Origin: a virus
Taxonomy: Duplodnaviria; Caudoviricetes
Direction: 5' to 3' (one strand)
Length of the DNA: 64,000 bases
IMG/VR virus record: IMGVR_UViG_3300043464_002149
Position 1 is the first letter of the stretch, and the number at the start of each line of letters is the position of its first letter. Shown here in pieces: positions 26,137-36,400 of this stretch. The notes beneath the pieces were generated by a model. The model made no database searches. It had not been told where the DNA came from and saw nothing but the letters and a program-made list of their open reading frames with translations. The position numbers and the translations under genes were made by a program.

Positions 26137-27453
26137 TTATATTGATTGACAACTTCCTGCTGAACTGAAATAACCAGCATTAGATGGGTGGAACACTTGT
26201 TTTGTTTGGCCATCATAACATAACCAATAATTATTTCCAGTACCAAGTCCGGTTAATCCTGATGCGGTATATGTTGTTGCGTTACAGAATGTTGCAGATG
26301 GACTACCTAAATCAAAAGTATATGCCGTTCCTGAAGAACATTGTGACGATGATGGTTTTGTTGATGAGATAACTAGGTTTGCGAATGCTGTATTGTTAGG
26401 TGCTGATGCACAAGTAACATTATAGTCTTCGTTTGTTGACTGATCTGGACCAGAACTATCACCAACTAATATTGCATAATTACCATTTGTTAAACCTGTA
26501 ACAGTTCCATTATCTGATTGATTTCCAGTTGGGAATCCTTCAGGCCCTGAAATAATTGACCAGTAATAACCTGAACCAGTTCCACCACCAGTAATGTTAA
26601 CCGTTAATGTACCAGCATAGTTAGTACAACCAGTTGTTACTGTAAATGTTAATGGTGTTGCTGACGCACAACCAATAGTTACTGACCACGCATCTGATGG
26701 ATTAGGTGGATCAGCATCTGGGTTAGCTGGACCTACATCAACACGTAATTCATAAGACATACCTGCTTGGTATTCAAACGTAAATGAACCTGAACCATCA
26801 GGATCAGTTAAACTTCCAGCCGTACCCCAAGGTCCTGCATATGTATTATCAGATCCAACCCAACCGCTATTTGCTACTAACATACTATTTCCATAAATGT
26901 TAAATCTATTTGGTCTGTCATTACCAGTGTATGTTATCGTTATAGTGTCACCATCGGTAGCATCAGATAGATCCAAATACTTAGTTTGTGTTGTAAATGT
27001 AGAAGGTGTATATGTATCCGATACAGTATCACCACATCCATATGTTACTACTGTTGGAGTGGCTGTTGGTGTAGGTGTAGGTGTTGCAGTTGCTGTTGGC
27101 GTAGATGTTGCAGTTGCAGTAGGTGTTGGTGTACCACTACTTGTTGGTGTAGGTGTTGCCGTTGGTGTACTAGTCACAGTTGGTGTTGGTGTCGCAACAG
27201 CTCCCGGTAAACCAGTGATCGAAATACATTGTGTTGTTCCTGAACAGCTTCCACCATCAACTTTAACAAATAAACTTACAACATTATCCGGTATTCCTGT
27301 TATTGTTTTTGGAAATCCAGATACTGCTTGTGATGTAACTAAACTAGAGCAGCCACTACCACAAGACGCACCTGTACAACCTGATATTGATACAGTTTGT
27401 CCTGTAATTCCTTTACCTATTGTTCCTAAATCTACTGAAGCGCTAAATGCCAT
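26137..27453 (-). CDS. PT-linker virion surface/fibre protein
   Basis: Cys-rich N-module, Pro-Thr linker, beta-sandwich-like domain, one SprB-like repeat. Confidence 0.6.
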   Translation of the reverse strand: MAFSASVDLGTIGKGITGQTVSISGCTGASCGSGCSSLVTSQAVSGFPKTITGIPDNVVSLFVKVDGGSCSGTTQCISITGLPGAVATPTPTVTSTPTATPTPTSSGTPTPTATATSTPTATATPTPTPTATPTVVTYGCGDTVSDTYTPSTFTTQTKYLDLSDATDGDTITITYTGNDRPNRFNIYGNSMLVANSGWVGSDNTYAGPWGTAGSLTDPDGSGSFTFEYQAGMSYELRVDVGPANPDADPPNPSDAWSVTIGCASATPLTFTVTTGCTNYAGTLTVNITGGGTGSGYYWSIISGPEGFPTGNQSDNGTVTGLTNGNYAILVGDSSGPDQSTNEDYNVTCASAPNNTAFANLVISSTKPSSSQCSSGTAYTFDLGSPSATFCNATTYTASGLTGLGTGNNYWLCYDGQTKQVFHPSNAGYFSSAGSCQSI

Positions 27454-27483
27454 ATCTTATAAATATTTATTTTATTTTTTTAA

Positions 27484-28656
27484 TTAATCTGATGGTAATA
27501 ATTCACCACCGCCACCTCCGGTCCCACCGCCGCCACTTCCGCCGCCACTTCCGCCGCCGCCAATTCCTCCATCACCACTATCTGTTGGTGTTGGTGTTGG
27601 TGTAACGGTTGGTGTTGGTGTTGGTATAATACACAAAGAATGGCCAGCTGTTAATACGCCATACGAATCAATTGATACTGTTTCGGGCTGGCAAGTACTT
27701 TCTTGACCACAATCTACAAATGAGGATGTTGTTATATCAACATAATTTGATAGTTGACCTGCAGTTATTGTTATATCAAATTGATCTGGTGATTGAGTAC
27801 CATAACACAAGTTTCTAGTGGCGTAAACACGTGCTGTTACATTAACAGACGAAGTTGCACTTAATGTGGCGGTAACTCTTGTAGTTGTAACATTATATGG
27901 GCCTTGATTTAGACAATTTATTTGAGTATAACTATCTGATAGACTAATACTTACACAACCACCTTCTGTTGTTTGTGTTACCGTTGGTGTAGGTGTTGGG
28001 GTTACTGTTGGCGTAGGTGTTGCAGTTGCTGTTGGGGTGCTAGTTGCTGTAGGTGTAGAAGTCGCAGTTGGTGTAGACGTACTTGTTGGTGTTGGCGTAG
28101 ACGTACTTGTTGGTGTTGGCGTAGACGTACTTGTTGGTGTTGGTGTTGATGTTTCACCTTCTGTAACTGTTGGGGTGGCTGTTGGTGTAGGCGTTGGTGT
28201 AGGTGTGGCAGTCGGTGTAGGGGTAATAACCGCTTCATATACTGATGAACCATTTTCAAATACACAATCTACTGTAGGTGTAGGTGTTGGTGTAGAAGTT
28301 GGTGTTGGTGTTGGTATAAGATATGATGATGTTCCACCAGTAAATAAACAACAATATATACAATCATCATAAATTTCCTGATGATTTGTAAATATGTTTT
28401 CAATTATATAATCACCAGTTACCGTGTCTAATATTTTAAACCAATATTGTGTACTATATGAAGCATTTGTAAATGTTATAGGATTTGTATTATAATAAGA
28501 ACCATCAGAACTTGCTTGATATGTTGTACCAGAATTTGGGTAATATGTATAACCAGTTGCTACAACAGATTCGTTACCTGCTGTTGCCCCAGTTTTATAT
28601 AACAACTTAAATGGGTTTGGTGAAACAATACCTTTTAATTTTAGATTTAATCCCAT
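27484..28656 (-). CDS. PT-linker virion surface protein with Gly-rich tail; start revised to 28656
   Basis: Three PT tracts, three 24-bp perfect repeats near 28075-28140, poly-Gly C-terminus; TATTTAT at 28668-28662. Confidence 0.6.
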   Translation of the reverse strand: MGLNLKLKGIVSPNPFKLLYKTGATAGNESVVATGYTYYPNSGTTYQASSDGSYYNTNPITFTNASYSTQYWFKILDTVTGDYIIENIFTNHQEIYDDCIYCCLFTGGTSSYLIPTPTPTSTPTPTPTVDCVFENGSSVYEAVITPTPTATPTPTPTPTATPTVTEGETSTPTPTSTSTPTPTSTSTPTPTSTSTPTATSTPTATSTPTATATPTPTVTPTPTPTVTQTTEGGCVSISLSDSYTQINCLNQGPYNVTTTRVTATLSATSSVNVTARVYATRNLCYGTQSPDQFDITITAGQLSNYVDITTSSFVDCGQESTCQPETVSIDSYGVLTAGHSLCIIPTPTPTVTPTPTPTDSGDGGIGGGGSGGGSGGGGTGGGGGELLPSD

Positions 28657-28688
28657 ACTACATAAATACAACTTTAATAAAATATAAA

Positions 28689-28717
28689 TAAAAAACCCCT
28701 CGTTTTGAAGGGGTTTT
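28689..28717 (-). terminator. Intrinsic terminator (possibly bidirectional)
   Basis: AAAACCCCT-loop-AGGGGTTTT flanked by A/T runs. Confidence 0.75.
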
Positions 28718-28739
28718 ATTAATTATATTTAAATCACCT

Positions 28740-29318
28740 TTAAAGATTGGAATCTGAGTCTATTACTAATGCAACATAGTCTAACCCACTACTAGCTTGA
28801 ACGGTATGTGTGTATTGATTAGTACCTCCAACCGAGCTAGGACAAGTTGATGAACCGTTACCTGCCATTGGATATGTGTCTTGGCTAGTAAACACAACAC
28901 TATCATTTAAAGATAAACCTGAGATTGTTCCAATTAATCCACAATTTGATGGTAATGGGGTAACTACAATCAAACTAAATGATTGACCGCCATTAACAGT
29001 ATAAGTTATTGTTGCATTTTGTGGTGTAATATTTAAATCTTTACCATAAACTTCTAGGTCAACACCAGTTGATGGGCATATAATACCTGTTTCCCAAGCT
29101 TGTGTAGTTCCAGCGCATTCGCCGCCACTTGTTATTGTACCACCACTAATGTTATCATAAATTGTATTAATTGTTACACCTGTTGCTAATTGTGATTTTG
29201 TTGCACCAGTTACCAACCAATAAGTACTACCATCGCAAGTTGTACCTGAAATGTTAAAAGGCCCAGCAACATATGTTGCTCCTGTATAAAGTGAGTTTAG
29301 TGTGAACGTAATTTCCAT
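28740..29318 (-). CDS. Virion surface protein, paralogous N-module
   Basis: AGPFNISG N-terminal module shared with neighbours; Ser/Thr/Gly/Cys-rich. Confidence 0.55.
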   Translation of the reverse strand: MEITFTLNSLYTGATYVAGPFNISGTTCDGSTYWLVTGATKSQLATGVTINTIYDNISGGTITSGGECAGTTQAWETGIICPSTGVDLEVYGKDLNITPQNATITYTVNGGQSFSLIVVTPLPSNCGLIGTISGLSLNDSVVFTSQDTYPMAGNGSSTCPSSVGGTNQYTHTVQASSGLDYVALVIDSDSNL

Positions 29319-29371
29319 TGTTTTTTGTTTTTAATATAAATATCTGTTTATTTCAATTTATTTTATTTTTT

Positions 29372-32300
29372 TTATACTTGTGCACCACCTCCTCCGCCGG
29401 TACAATCATTACATGAAGTCCATACTGTTGAATACGATCCATCCGTTAAATGTGTCGCCTCTTGATCACATGTAGTACCAACATAATAATCTACTTGTAA
29501 ACACACATTATTTACTTTAACCGCTTTAGTTCCACCTAAGAATGCGCTAACCAATAAATCTGGTGATGTCATATAACCAACTAGATTATTGGTACAATTA
29601 ATTACTTGATACTTGTAATAAACCGCTTCATCCGCTAATACCGTAATTCCACTATTAGTCACACAACCATTAGCATCTGTAACTTCAACACAATAACCAC
29701 CAGACGTTAATCCTGTAACATTTCTACTAGTATCACCAGATGTGACATTTGTATATGTAGCTATTAATGTTCCGCCGCATGTTGTGTATGGCGCCGATTC
29801 ATCTTCATATAAACGATACGTTTTAGGCCATACACCACCAGTTGATGAAATTGTTAAGCTACCAGCACTTGGGTTTGCACATGTTGGATCAACAGCATTA
29901 GTTATTGAAGCACTTTGAGCTGTTGGTTGTGAAATTCCAACTTCGTATACCGCAACACAACCTTGTGAATCTTTAATATATATGCTATAAAGATCTGATG
30001 ATAAATTACTAAATGTTGTTGGGAATGATAGATAATTAGATCCATCAATTGAAAGCGTATAAACCCCGCTATTACCACCTTGAGGGCTTGATACCGAAAT
30101 TGAACCGTTTGAACCACCATTACATGTTACATTTGTTTGTGTAATAGTTGCACTTGGCGCACTCTTAGTCATATCAACAGTTATTGTTGAAGATTCGCAA
30201 CCAATAGTATCTCTAGATTGGAAAGTATGTGATGTGGCACTTAAATTATTAAATGTTGCATTGCTTGTCCAAGATCCAGAATTTACTCTATATTGATATG
30301 AACCATTACCACCAGATGCTGTTAATGTTACTGAACCATTACTTCCATTGTAACATGTTGTATATGTTATTGAAGAAGTTCCAACTGTAACTTGTGATGG
30401 TACAGTAATTGTTGCTGAATATGTTTGTACACAATCGGACCCATCTTTAATATAAATTGTATAATCGCCACCAGAAAGTGAACCATAATTTTGAGGTAGA
30501 CTAGCGTATGTACCACCAGCATTTAATTTAGACTGATATCCCGAACCAGCCCCACCTGTTCCATTTGAGACAGTAATTAAACCAGTACCCCCAAAACAAT
30601 TAGGATTACTAACATTCACTGTTGCGTTCGGTGCCGATTTACTCAATGTTTGTGTTGTAGTTGCAATACAACTATTGGCATCTGAAATATATAAAGTGTA
30701 TGTACCTGTACCCAATCCAGTAAACGAAGTTCCAGATTGATAATTTACACCATTTTTTGAATATACATATGGTGAAGTTCCTCCAGATCCGCTAACCGTA
30801 ATTGATCCGTCTGAACCATTCCAACATGTTGGATTTGCTGACGAACTAACACTAATAGAAAGCGCTGATGGTTGTGTAATTGTAACAGAAGTTGATCCAA
30901 CGCAATCATTTGCATCTTTTGCATATATTGTGTATGTACCAGGACCTAATCCACTAAATTCTTTTGGAATTGAGAAATAATTTATACTATCAATTGATGT
31001 TGTATATGGATTACCAATTCCTCCTGTACCTCCAGTTACTGTAATTGATGTTGTACCACCATTACAAGCGATATTATTATATGATACAGTAGGTGAAGGC
31101 GCTGTTCTATTAATGTTTCTTGCAATTGTATCTGTACAATCATTTGCATCTTTAACATATCCTGTATAGTTTCCATTTGGTAAACCAGTAAATGTACCAC
31201 TTGATTGATAGTTAATACCATCAATAGAATATGCATATGGTGGTGTACCACCAGTACCATGAAAAGATACACTACCATCACTTAAGTTATAACAAGATGG
31301 TGGCCAGTTATTATCACCAAAACCGCTGGCAACAAGAGGTGCTGCTGGTTGAGTGATTGTTATGCTGTACGTATTTTCACAATCAGAACTATCTTTAACA
31401 TAAATCGTATATGAACCCGCAGCTAAACCAGTATATGTTCTCGATGTTGTAATAACTTGATAAGTTCCACCTGAATTTAATTTTGTTGCGTATGGTCCAC
31501 CTTGTCCACCAGATAAACCAGATACTGTAATACTACCAGTTGATAAACCATAACACCCAACATTAACTTGTGATGTTGTTGCGGTTACTTGTGTTCTGTT
31601 TAATGTTACTGATGTTGATCCAGTACAACCATTATTATCTTTTGCATAAATTGTATATGAACCATTTGCTAGATTACTAAAAGTTGTTCCTGTTTGATAT
31701 GTTGATCCATCTTTTGAATATGTAAATCCAATACCAGATCCACCAGATGCTGTTGATACTGTAATGCTACCATTGGTACCACTAAAACAAGTTGGGTTTG
31801 TACCACTTGCACTAACAGATACGGTATTTGGTTCTGAAACAAATACACCCGTACTACCAACTTCACCATACGAATCTTTTGCATTAATTGTATATGAACC
31901 CGAAGTTAAACCGCTAAATGTTGTCGATGATTGATAATTTATTCCATCTTTTGAATATGTATAACTTGCAGTTCCTCCGGTAACACCTGAAACGGTTATA
32001 ACACCGTTTGATCCGCCGTTACATGTTACGTTTGTTGTTGCGGATGCAGATACCGATATTGTTACATTCGTTATGTCAATATAAATTACTTGGCTATGCG
32101 TCAAGCCGCCGGCATCCATACTACTAACTTTTATTATGTAAATGCTTTTTGTTTCATAATTAAAAACTGCTTTAGATTTTAAAGATGTGCCAGTAATAAT
32201 AAAACTGTTATTATCTGGATATGTTGATGTATCAACTAGTGAATATGTAAAAGTATCTCCAGCATCAGGGTCATCCGATGATAACGTCCCAATTGTTGTA

Positions 32301-33403
32301 CCTGTTGGCACATTTTCAGAAATTGAAGCCGAAGACAAATATATGTATGTTGGCGATTCATTAACATTTGCAATAGGTACTGTTACCAAACCATCATATG
32401 TTAAACCACCAGAATCTGTTGTTCTTACATTTATTGTATAATAATTTTTTTCTTCGTAATTGAAAATTTCTTTTGATGTTAGTGTTCCTTCAGAAGTTAA
32501 ATTAAATTTATTATTATCTGGATATGAAAAACTATTAATTAATTGATATGTAAAAGTATCACCACTATCAGTATCTAATGTTGATAAAGTACCAACTGTT
32601 GTTCCTGTTGGACTATTCTCTGATATAGATCCATTAAGATTAATACCATATGGTGCTTCATTTACACTAGTAATATAAATTGTAAAAGTTTTATCATAAA
32701 ATAACCCACCTTGATCTGTTGATCTAATTGAAATTGTATATGATGATCTAGCTTCATAATTAAATGATTGTGATGCTCTTAATGAATCATCAGAAATATT
32801 AAATGAAGACCAATCTAAAGTTTGATTAATAGCATATGTGTGCGTATCACCAAATGTGTCAGAAGTAGTTAATGTACCAATAATCGTGTTTATTGAATTA
32901 TTTTCATTAATGGTATCATTACTTAAATAAATATCTTGTGGCGCCGTGTTTGTTGGTGTCGGGGTTGGTGTTGGGGTCGATGTTGGTGTAGGTGTGGCTA
33001 AAATCACATCAATATCAAATGTACACGTTGGTGTAGGTGTAGCCGTTGGGGTGGGTGTTATTGTAGGTGTCGGAGTGCTAGTCGCTGTTGGCGTTGATGT
33101 AGCTGTTGGTGTAGACGTTGCTGTTGGTGTAGATGTTACCGTAGGTGTTGGGGTTGGTATTGGTAAAATATGTGTATCTGAAATTGAACAAGCAAGATCA
33201 GTATTGTATAATATTATTGTTGTAGCTTCGTTTGGTACCAATACAGAAACACCCTCTATTAATTCACTATATGTTAAACCTGTTGCTGGTAGTGAACTTG
33301 AATACAAATCAGCATAGTTACTAGGATTTACTGAATCATAGTAAACATTATATGGTCCTGGGGCGGTTCCTGATGTTATTGTTACATTAAACTGTCTAGC
33401 CAT
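29372..33403 (-). CDS. Adhesin-like virion protein: PT linker, 3 cadherin-like repeats, ~10 SprB repeats
   Basis: APxxIxLS..xI.EN...GT.IGTL...D.D..FNYE...Y.I.(V/I)R.TD.GGL x3; C..GxxG.ITV...GG...Y.YS.DG..YQ...F.GL..G.YTI..KD x10. Confidence 0.85.
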   Translation of the reverse strand: MARQFNVTITSGTAPGPYNVYYDSVNPSNYADLYSSSLPATGLTYSELIEGVSVLVPNEATTIILYNTDLACSISDTHILPIPTPTPTVTSTPTATSTPTATSTPTATSTPTPTITPTPTATPTPTCTFDIDVILATPTPTSTPTPTPTPTNTAPQDIYLSNDTINENNSINTIIGTLTTSDTFGDTHTYAINQTLDWSSFNISDDSLRASQSFNYEARSSYTISIRSTDQGGLFYDKTFTIYITSVNEAPYGINLNGSISENSPTGTTVGTLSTLDTDSGDTFTYQLINSFSYPDNNKFNLTSEGTLTSKEIFNYEEKNYYTINVRTTDSGGLTYDGLVTVPIANVNESPTYIYLSSASISENVPTGTTIGTLSSDDPDAGDTFTYSLVDTSTYPDNNSFIITGTSLKSKAVFNYETKSIYIIKVSSMDAGGLTHSQVIYIDITNVTISVSASATTNVTCNGGSNGVITVSGVTGGTASYTYSKDGINYQSSTTFSGLTSGSYTINAKDSYGEVGSTGVFVSEPNTVSVSASGTNPTCFSGTNGSITVSTASGGSGIGFTYSKDGSTYQTGTTFSNLANGSYTIYAKDNNGCTGSTSVTLNRTQVTATTSQVNVGCYGLSTGSITVSGLSGGQGGPYATKLNSGGTYQVITTSRTYTGLAAGSYTIYVKDSSDCENTYSITITQPAAPLVASGFGDNNWPPSCYNLSDGSVSFHGTGGTPPYAYSIDGINYQSSGTFTGLPNGNYTGYVKDANDCTDTIARNINRTAPSPTVSYNNIACNGGTTSITVTGGTGGIGNPYTTSIDSINYFSIPKEFSGLGPGTYTIYAKDANDCVGSTSVTITQPSALSISVSSSANPTCWNGSDGSITVSGSGGTSPYVYSKNGVNYQSGTSFTGLGTGTYTLYISDANSCIATTTQTLSKSAPNATVNVSNPNCFGGTGLITVSNGTGGAGSGYQSKLNAGGTYASLPQNYGSLSGGDYTIYIKDGSDCVQTYSATITVPSQVTVGTSSITYTTCYNGSNGSVTLTASGGNGSYQYRVNSGSWTSNATFNNLSATSHTFQSRDTIGCESSTITVDMTKSAPSATITQTNVTCNGGSNGSISVSSPQGGNSGVYTLSIDGSNYLSFPTTFSNLSSDLYSIYIKDSQGCVAVYEVGISQPTAQSASITNAVDPTCANPSAGSLTISSTGGVWPKTYRLYEDESAPYTTCGGTLIATYTNVTSGDTSRNVTGLTSGGYCVEVTDANGCVTNSGITVLADEAVYYKYQVINCTNNLVGYMTSPDLLVSAFLGGTKAVKVNNVCLQVDYYVGTTCDQEATHLTDGSYSTVWTSCNDCTGGGGGAQV

Positions 33404-33417
33404 TACCTATATAATTA

Positions 33418-36400
33418 TTAATTTTGTACATTACAAAGAGATAAATTGTATCCCAAAGTATTCAAAGCGTTTATTATTGTGTCAGCATAATATTGTGCTG
33501 TAGATCCTGCTGTTACATCTGACACCCATGTTACCTCATTCTTATCTGATAAACCATTTGTTCCGCTATATGCGTTTGTTCCGTTTTTAACCGCTTGGAT
33601 AAATTGTCTAAACCCATCATAACTATTTGGACCAGTGTTTACTCTGAATATAATACCTCTATAATAATTACTATTTGGAACATTATCTAGTGTATTTCTA
33701 AATGCTGATATATCGGTACTATATTGACCTGCTCTTACGCTAGTATTAAAGGAACTACCATCTGCATTATATGGTGAAGATTCATCTTGGAATACCAAGT
33801 TTATAACTTTAGTTGTTGTTTGTGTTGTTCCTGTTGTATTCATCACATAGAACGTTCTTTCTGTACCTAATGATTTACTTGAGAAATTATTAACAGTTAC
33901 ATTTTGATCATACTTAGCATAATTTCCATTATAGAATTGCACTAAACAATCTCTAAGTATTGTATTTCTCATTGTTTCTAATGGTGACAATGTACTGTTC
34001 ATAGATCCCGAATCATCAAACCAAATGAAAATTTGTGTGTTTTCATCTATTTGAATTGGCGGAACCTCCTCAACTGCTGCATTAAATGAACAATCAGGTG
34101 TTGGTGTTGGTGTAGGAGTATCAGTAGCCGTTGGCGTTGGTGTACTAGTCGCCGTTGGTGTAGGTGTTGGTGTAGACGTTGCTGTAGGTGTTGGTGTAGC
34201 CAATGCTATATCAATGTCAAATGTACACGTAGGTGTTGGCGTCGCTGTTGGGGTCGGTGTTATTGTTGGTGTAGCGGTTGGTGTAGGTGTACTTGTCTCC
34301 GTTGGTGTTGGTGTACTAGTTTCAGTTGGTGTAGGTGTACTAGTTGGTGTTTCAGTTGCAGTCGGGGTTGGTGTTACCGTTGCAGTTGGTGTTGGTGTAA
34401 CCAATGCTATATCAATATCAAATGTACAAGTTGGTGTAGGTGTTTCAGTTGGTGTTGCGGTCTCAGTAGGCGTTGGCGTAGGTGTTTCAGTTACGGTTGG
34501 GGTTGGTGTACTAGTTGGCACTGGTGTAAGTGTTGGTGTCTCAGTTGGGGTTGGCGTAGGTGTTGCTGTTGGTAACACAACATCTATGTCAAATGTACAT
34601 GTCGGCGTTGGTGTACCCGTAGGTGTTGGTGTAGGTATGATTACATCCACATCAACATCAAACGTACACGTTGGTGTAGGTGTTGCTGTTGGTGTTGGTG
34701 TAACGGTTTCTGTTGGGGTTGGTGTTGGTGTAACCGTTTCTGTTGGTGTAGGGGTTGCCGTAGATGTGCCAGTTGGCGTAGGGGTTGGTAACACGACATC
34801 AATATCAAAAGTACAAGTTGGTGTAGGGGTTCCCGTTGGGGTTGGTGTAGGTATAACTACATCAACATCCACATCAAACGTACATGTTGGTGTAGGCGTA
34901 CCTGTCGGGGTTGGGGTTGGTATGATTATATCTACGTCCACATCAAATGTACAAGTTGGGGTTGGTGTTCCCGTCGGGGTTGGGGTTGGTATGATTATAT
35001 CTACGTCCACATCAAATGTACAAGTTGGGGTTGGTGTTCCCGTTGGCGTAGGTGTTGCCAACATAATGTCAATATCAAACGTACATGTTGGTGTCGGAGT
35101 GCCTGTAGGTGTTGGTGTAGGAATAATAATATCAACATCCACATCGAAAGTACATGTAGGTGTCGGTGTTCCCGTTGGTGTTGGTGTAGGAATAATTATA
35201 TCCACATCTACATCAAAAGTGCAAGTAGGTGTTGGTGTTCCTGTTGGTGTTGGGGTTGGTAATATAACGTCAATATCAAACGTACACGTTGGGGTTGGTG
35301 TTACAGTAGTTGTAGGTGTAGGTGTCGGTGTCGGCGTTGGAGTGACTGTTGGCGTCGGTGTAGCTGTCGATGTTGCAGTTGGTGTTGCTGTAGGTGTCGA
35401 AGTAGCTGTGGCAGTCGGTGTCGGGGTTGGGGTTACAGTCGGTGTTGGTGTTGGAACAAATATTGGATAACTGTCTCCACATGAAACCGCCGGTGTAATC
35501 ACACCACATTCTGTTGTATAATTTCTAATAGGATCTTCAACTGGTGATGTACAACATATTTGATCAGTATAGAATTGACTTATATTTTCATTTAATCTAT
35601 TAAATTTATCATAGGTATGTTGTGCTAATATTTGTGCACTATCATTACCATTAAAAATAATTAAGTTCTGTGGTTGTGTTCCATTAACATTTATATTGTA
35701 ATATAAATTATTTTCACAGTAATCTAAATTAACAGCAACAACCTCTAATAATTCACCTTTTTCGGTAATTAAAAAATCACCAGTATCGTAATAATCAGAA
35801 GGATAATAACAACAAGGCTCTTCTTTACTCTCCGGTTTTAATTGTAAAAATTCTGGAGATCTAGAATCAAAGAAATAACCATCTCTTTTTGTTACTCTAT
35901 ATTGTGTTTCATCAACTTCTTTATTTGTGTAAACTCTTAATTTTGTTGTCGGTAAAACTTCAATAACAACTTGAGCACCATTTACTGTCATAGCAGTAAT
36001 TGTACTTTTTTTAACCGACCCTAAACAATCAATATCGTTTATTGTGTATGTTGAATAATCATAAGAAAATGAATAATCATTATTTTCATTTGCATATTCA
36101 AATATACTTGATGGGAATGTTGAACAGCTTAAGTATGTTGCTCCTAATACAATATTTCCGTTAACTAAGTCTTTTACGTTCTTTCTAACTAAAGTCCCAG
36201 CGGATATATAATTTGTAATATCTGCAGGTGTTGTTGAACCGTTGATTGTAGCACCGCTAACAACTAAAACTTTAGTATTGTGTTTTAAACCATAATTAAA
36301 ACTATTTCTATATTGTACTTTTGGTACTAATGTATATCCAGTATTAACAATTAATGGATAATCTGGATTTTCAGTTGGATATTCAACATATCTAAGTGAG

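Noticed and set aside
34214-35470. Long plus-strand Val/Gly ORFs (also 10331-10585, 26897-27487, 28037-28372, 32946-33317)
   Set aside because: Antisense shadows of Pro-Thr repeats: reverse complements of ACN/CCN codons contain no stops.
34075-35470. Regularly spaced repeats resembling a CRISPR array
   Set aside because: Units are in-frame degenerate coding repeats with synonymous variation, no unique spacers, and no cas genes.
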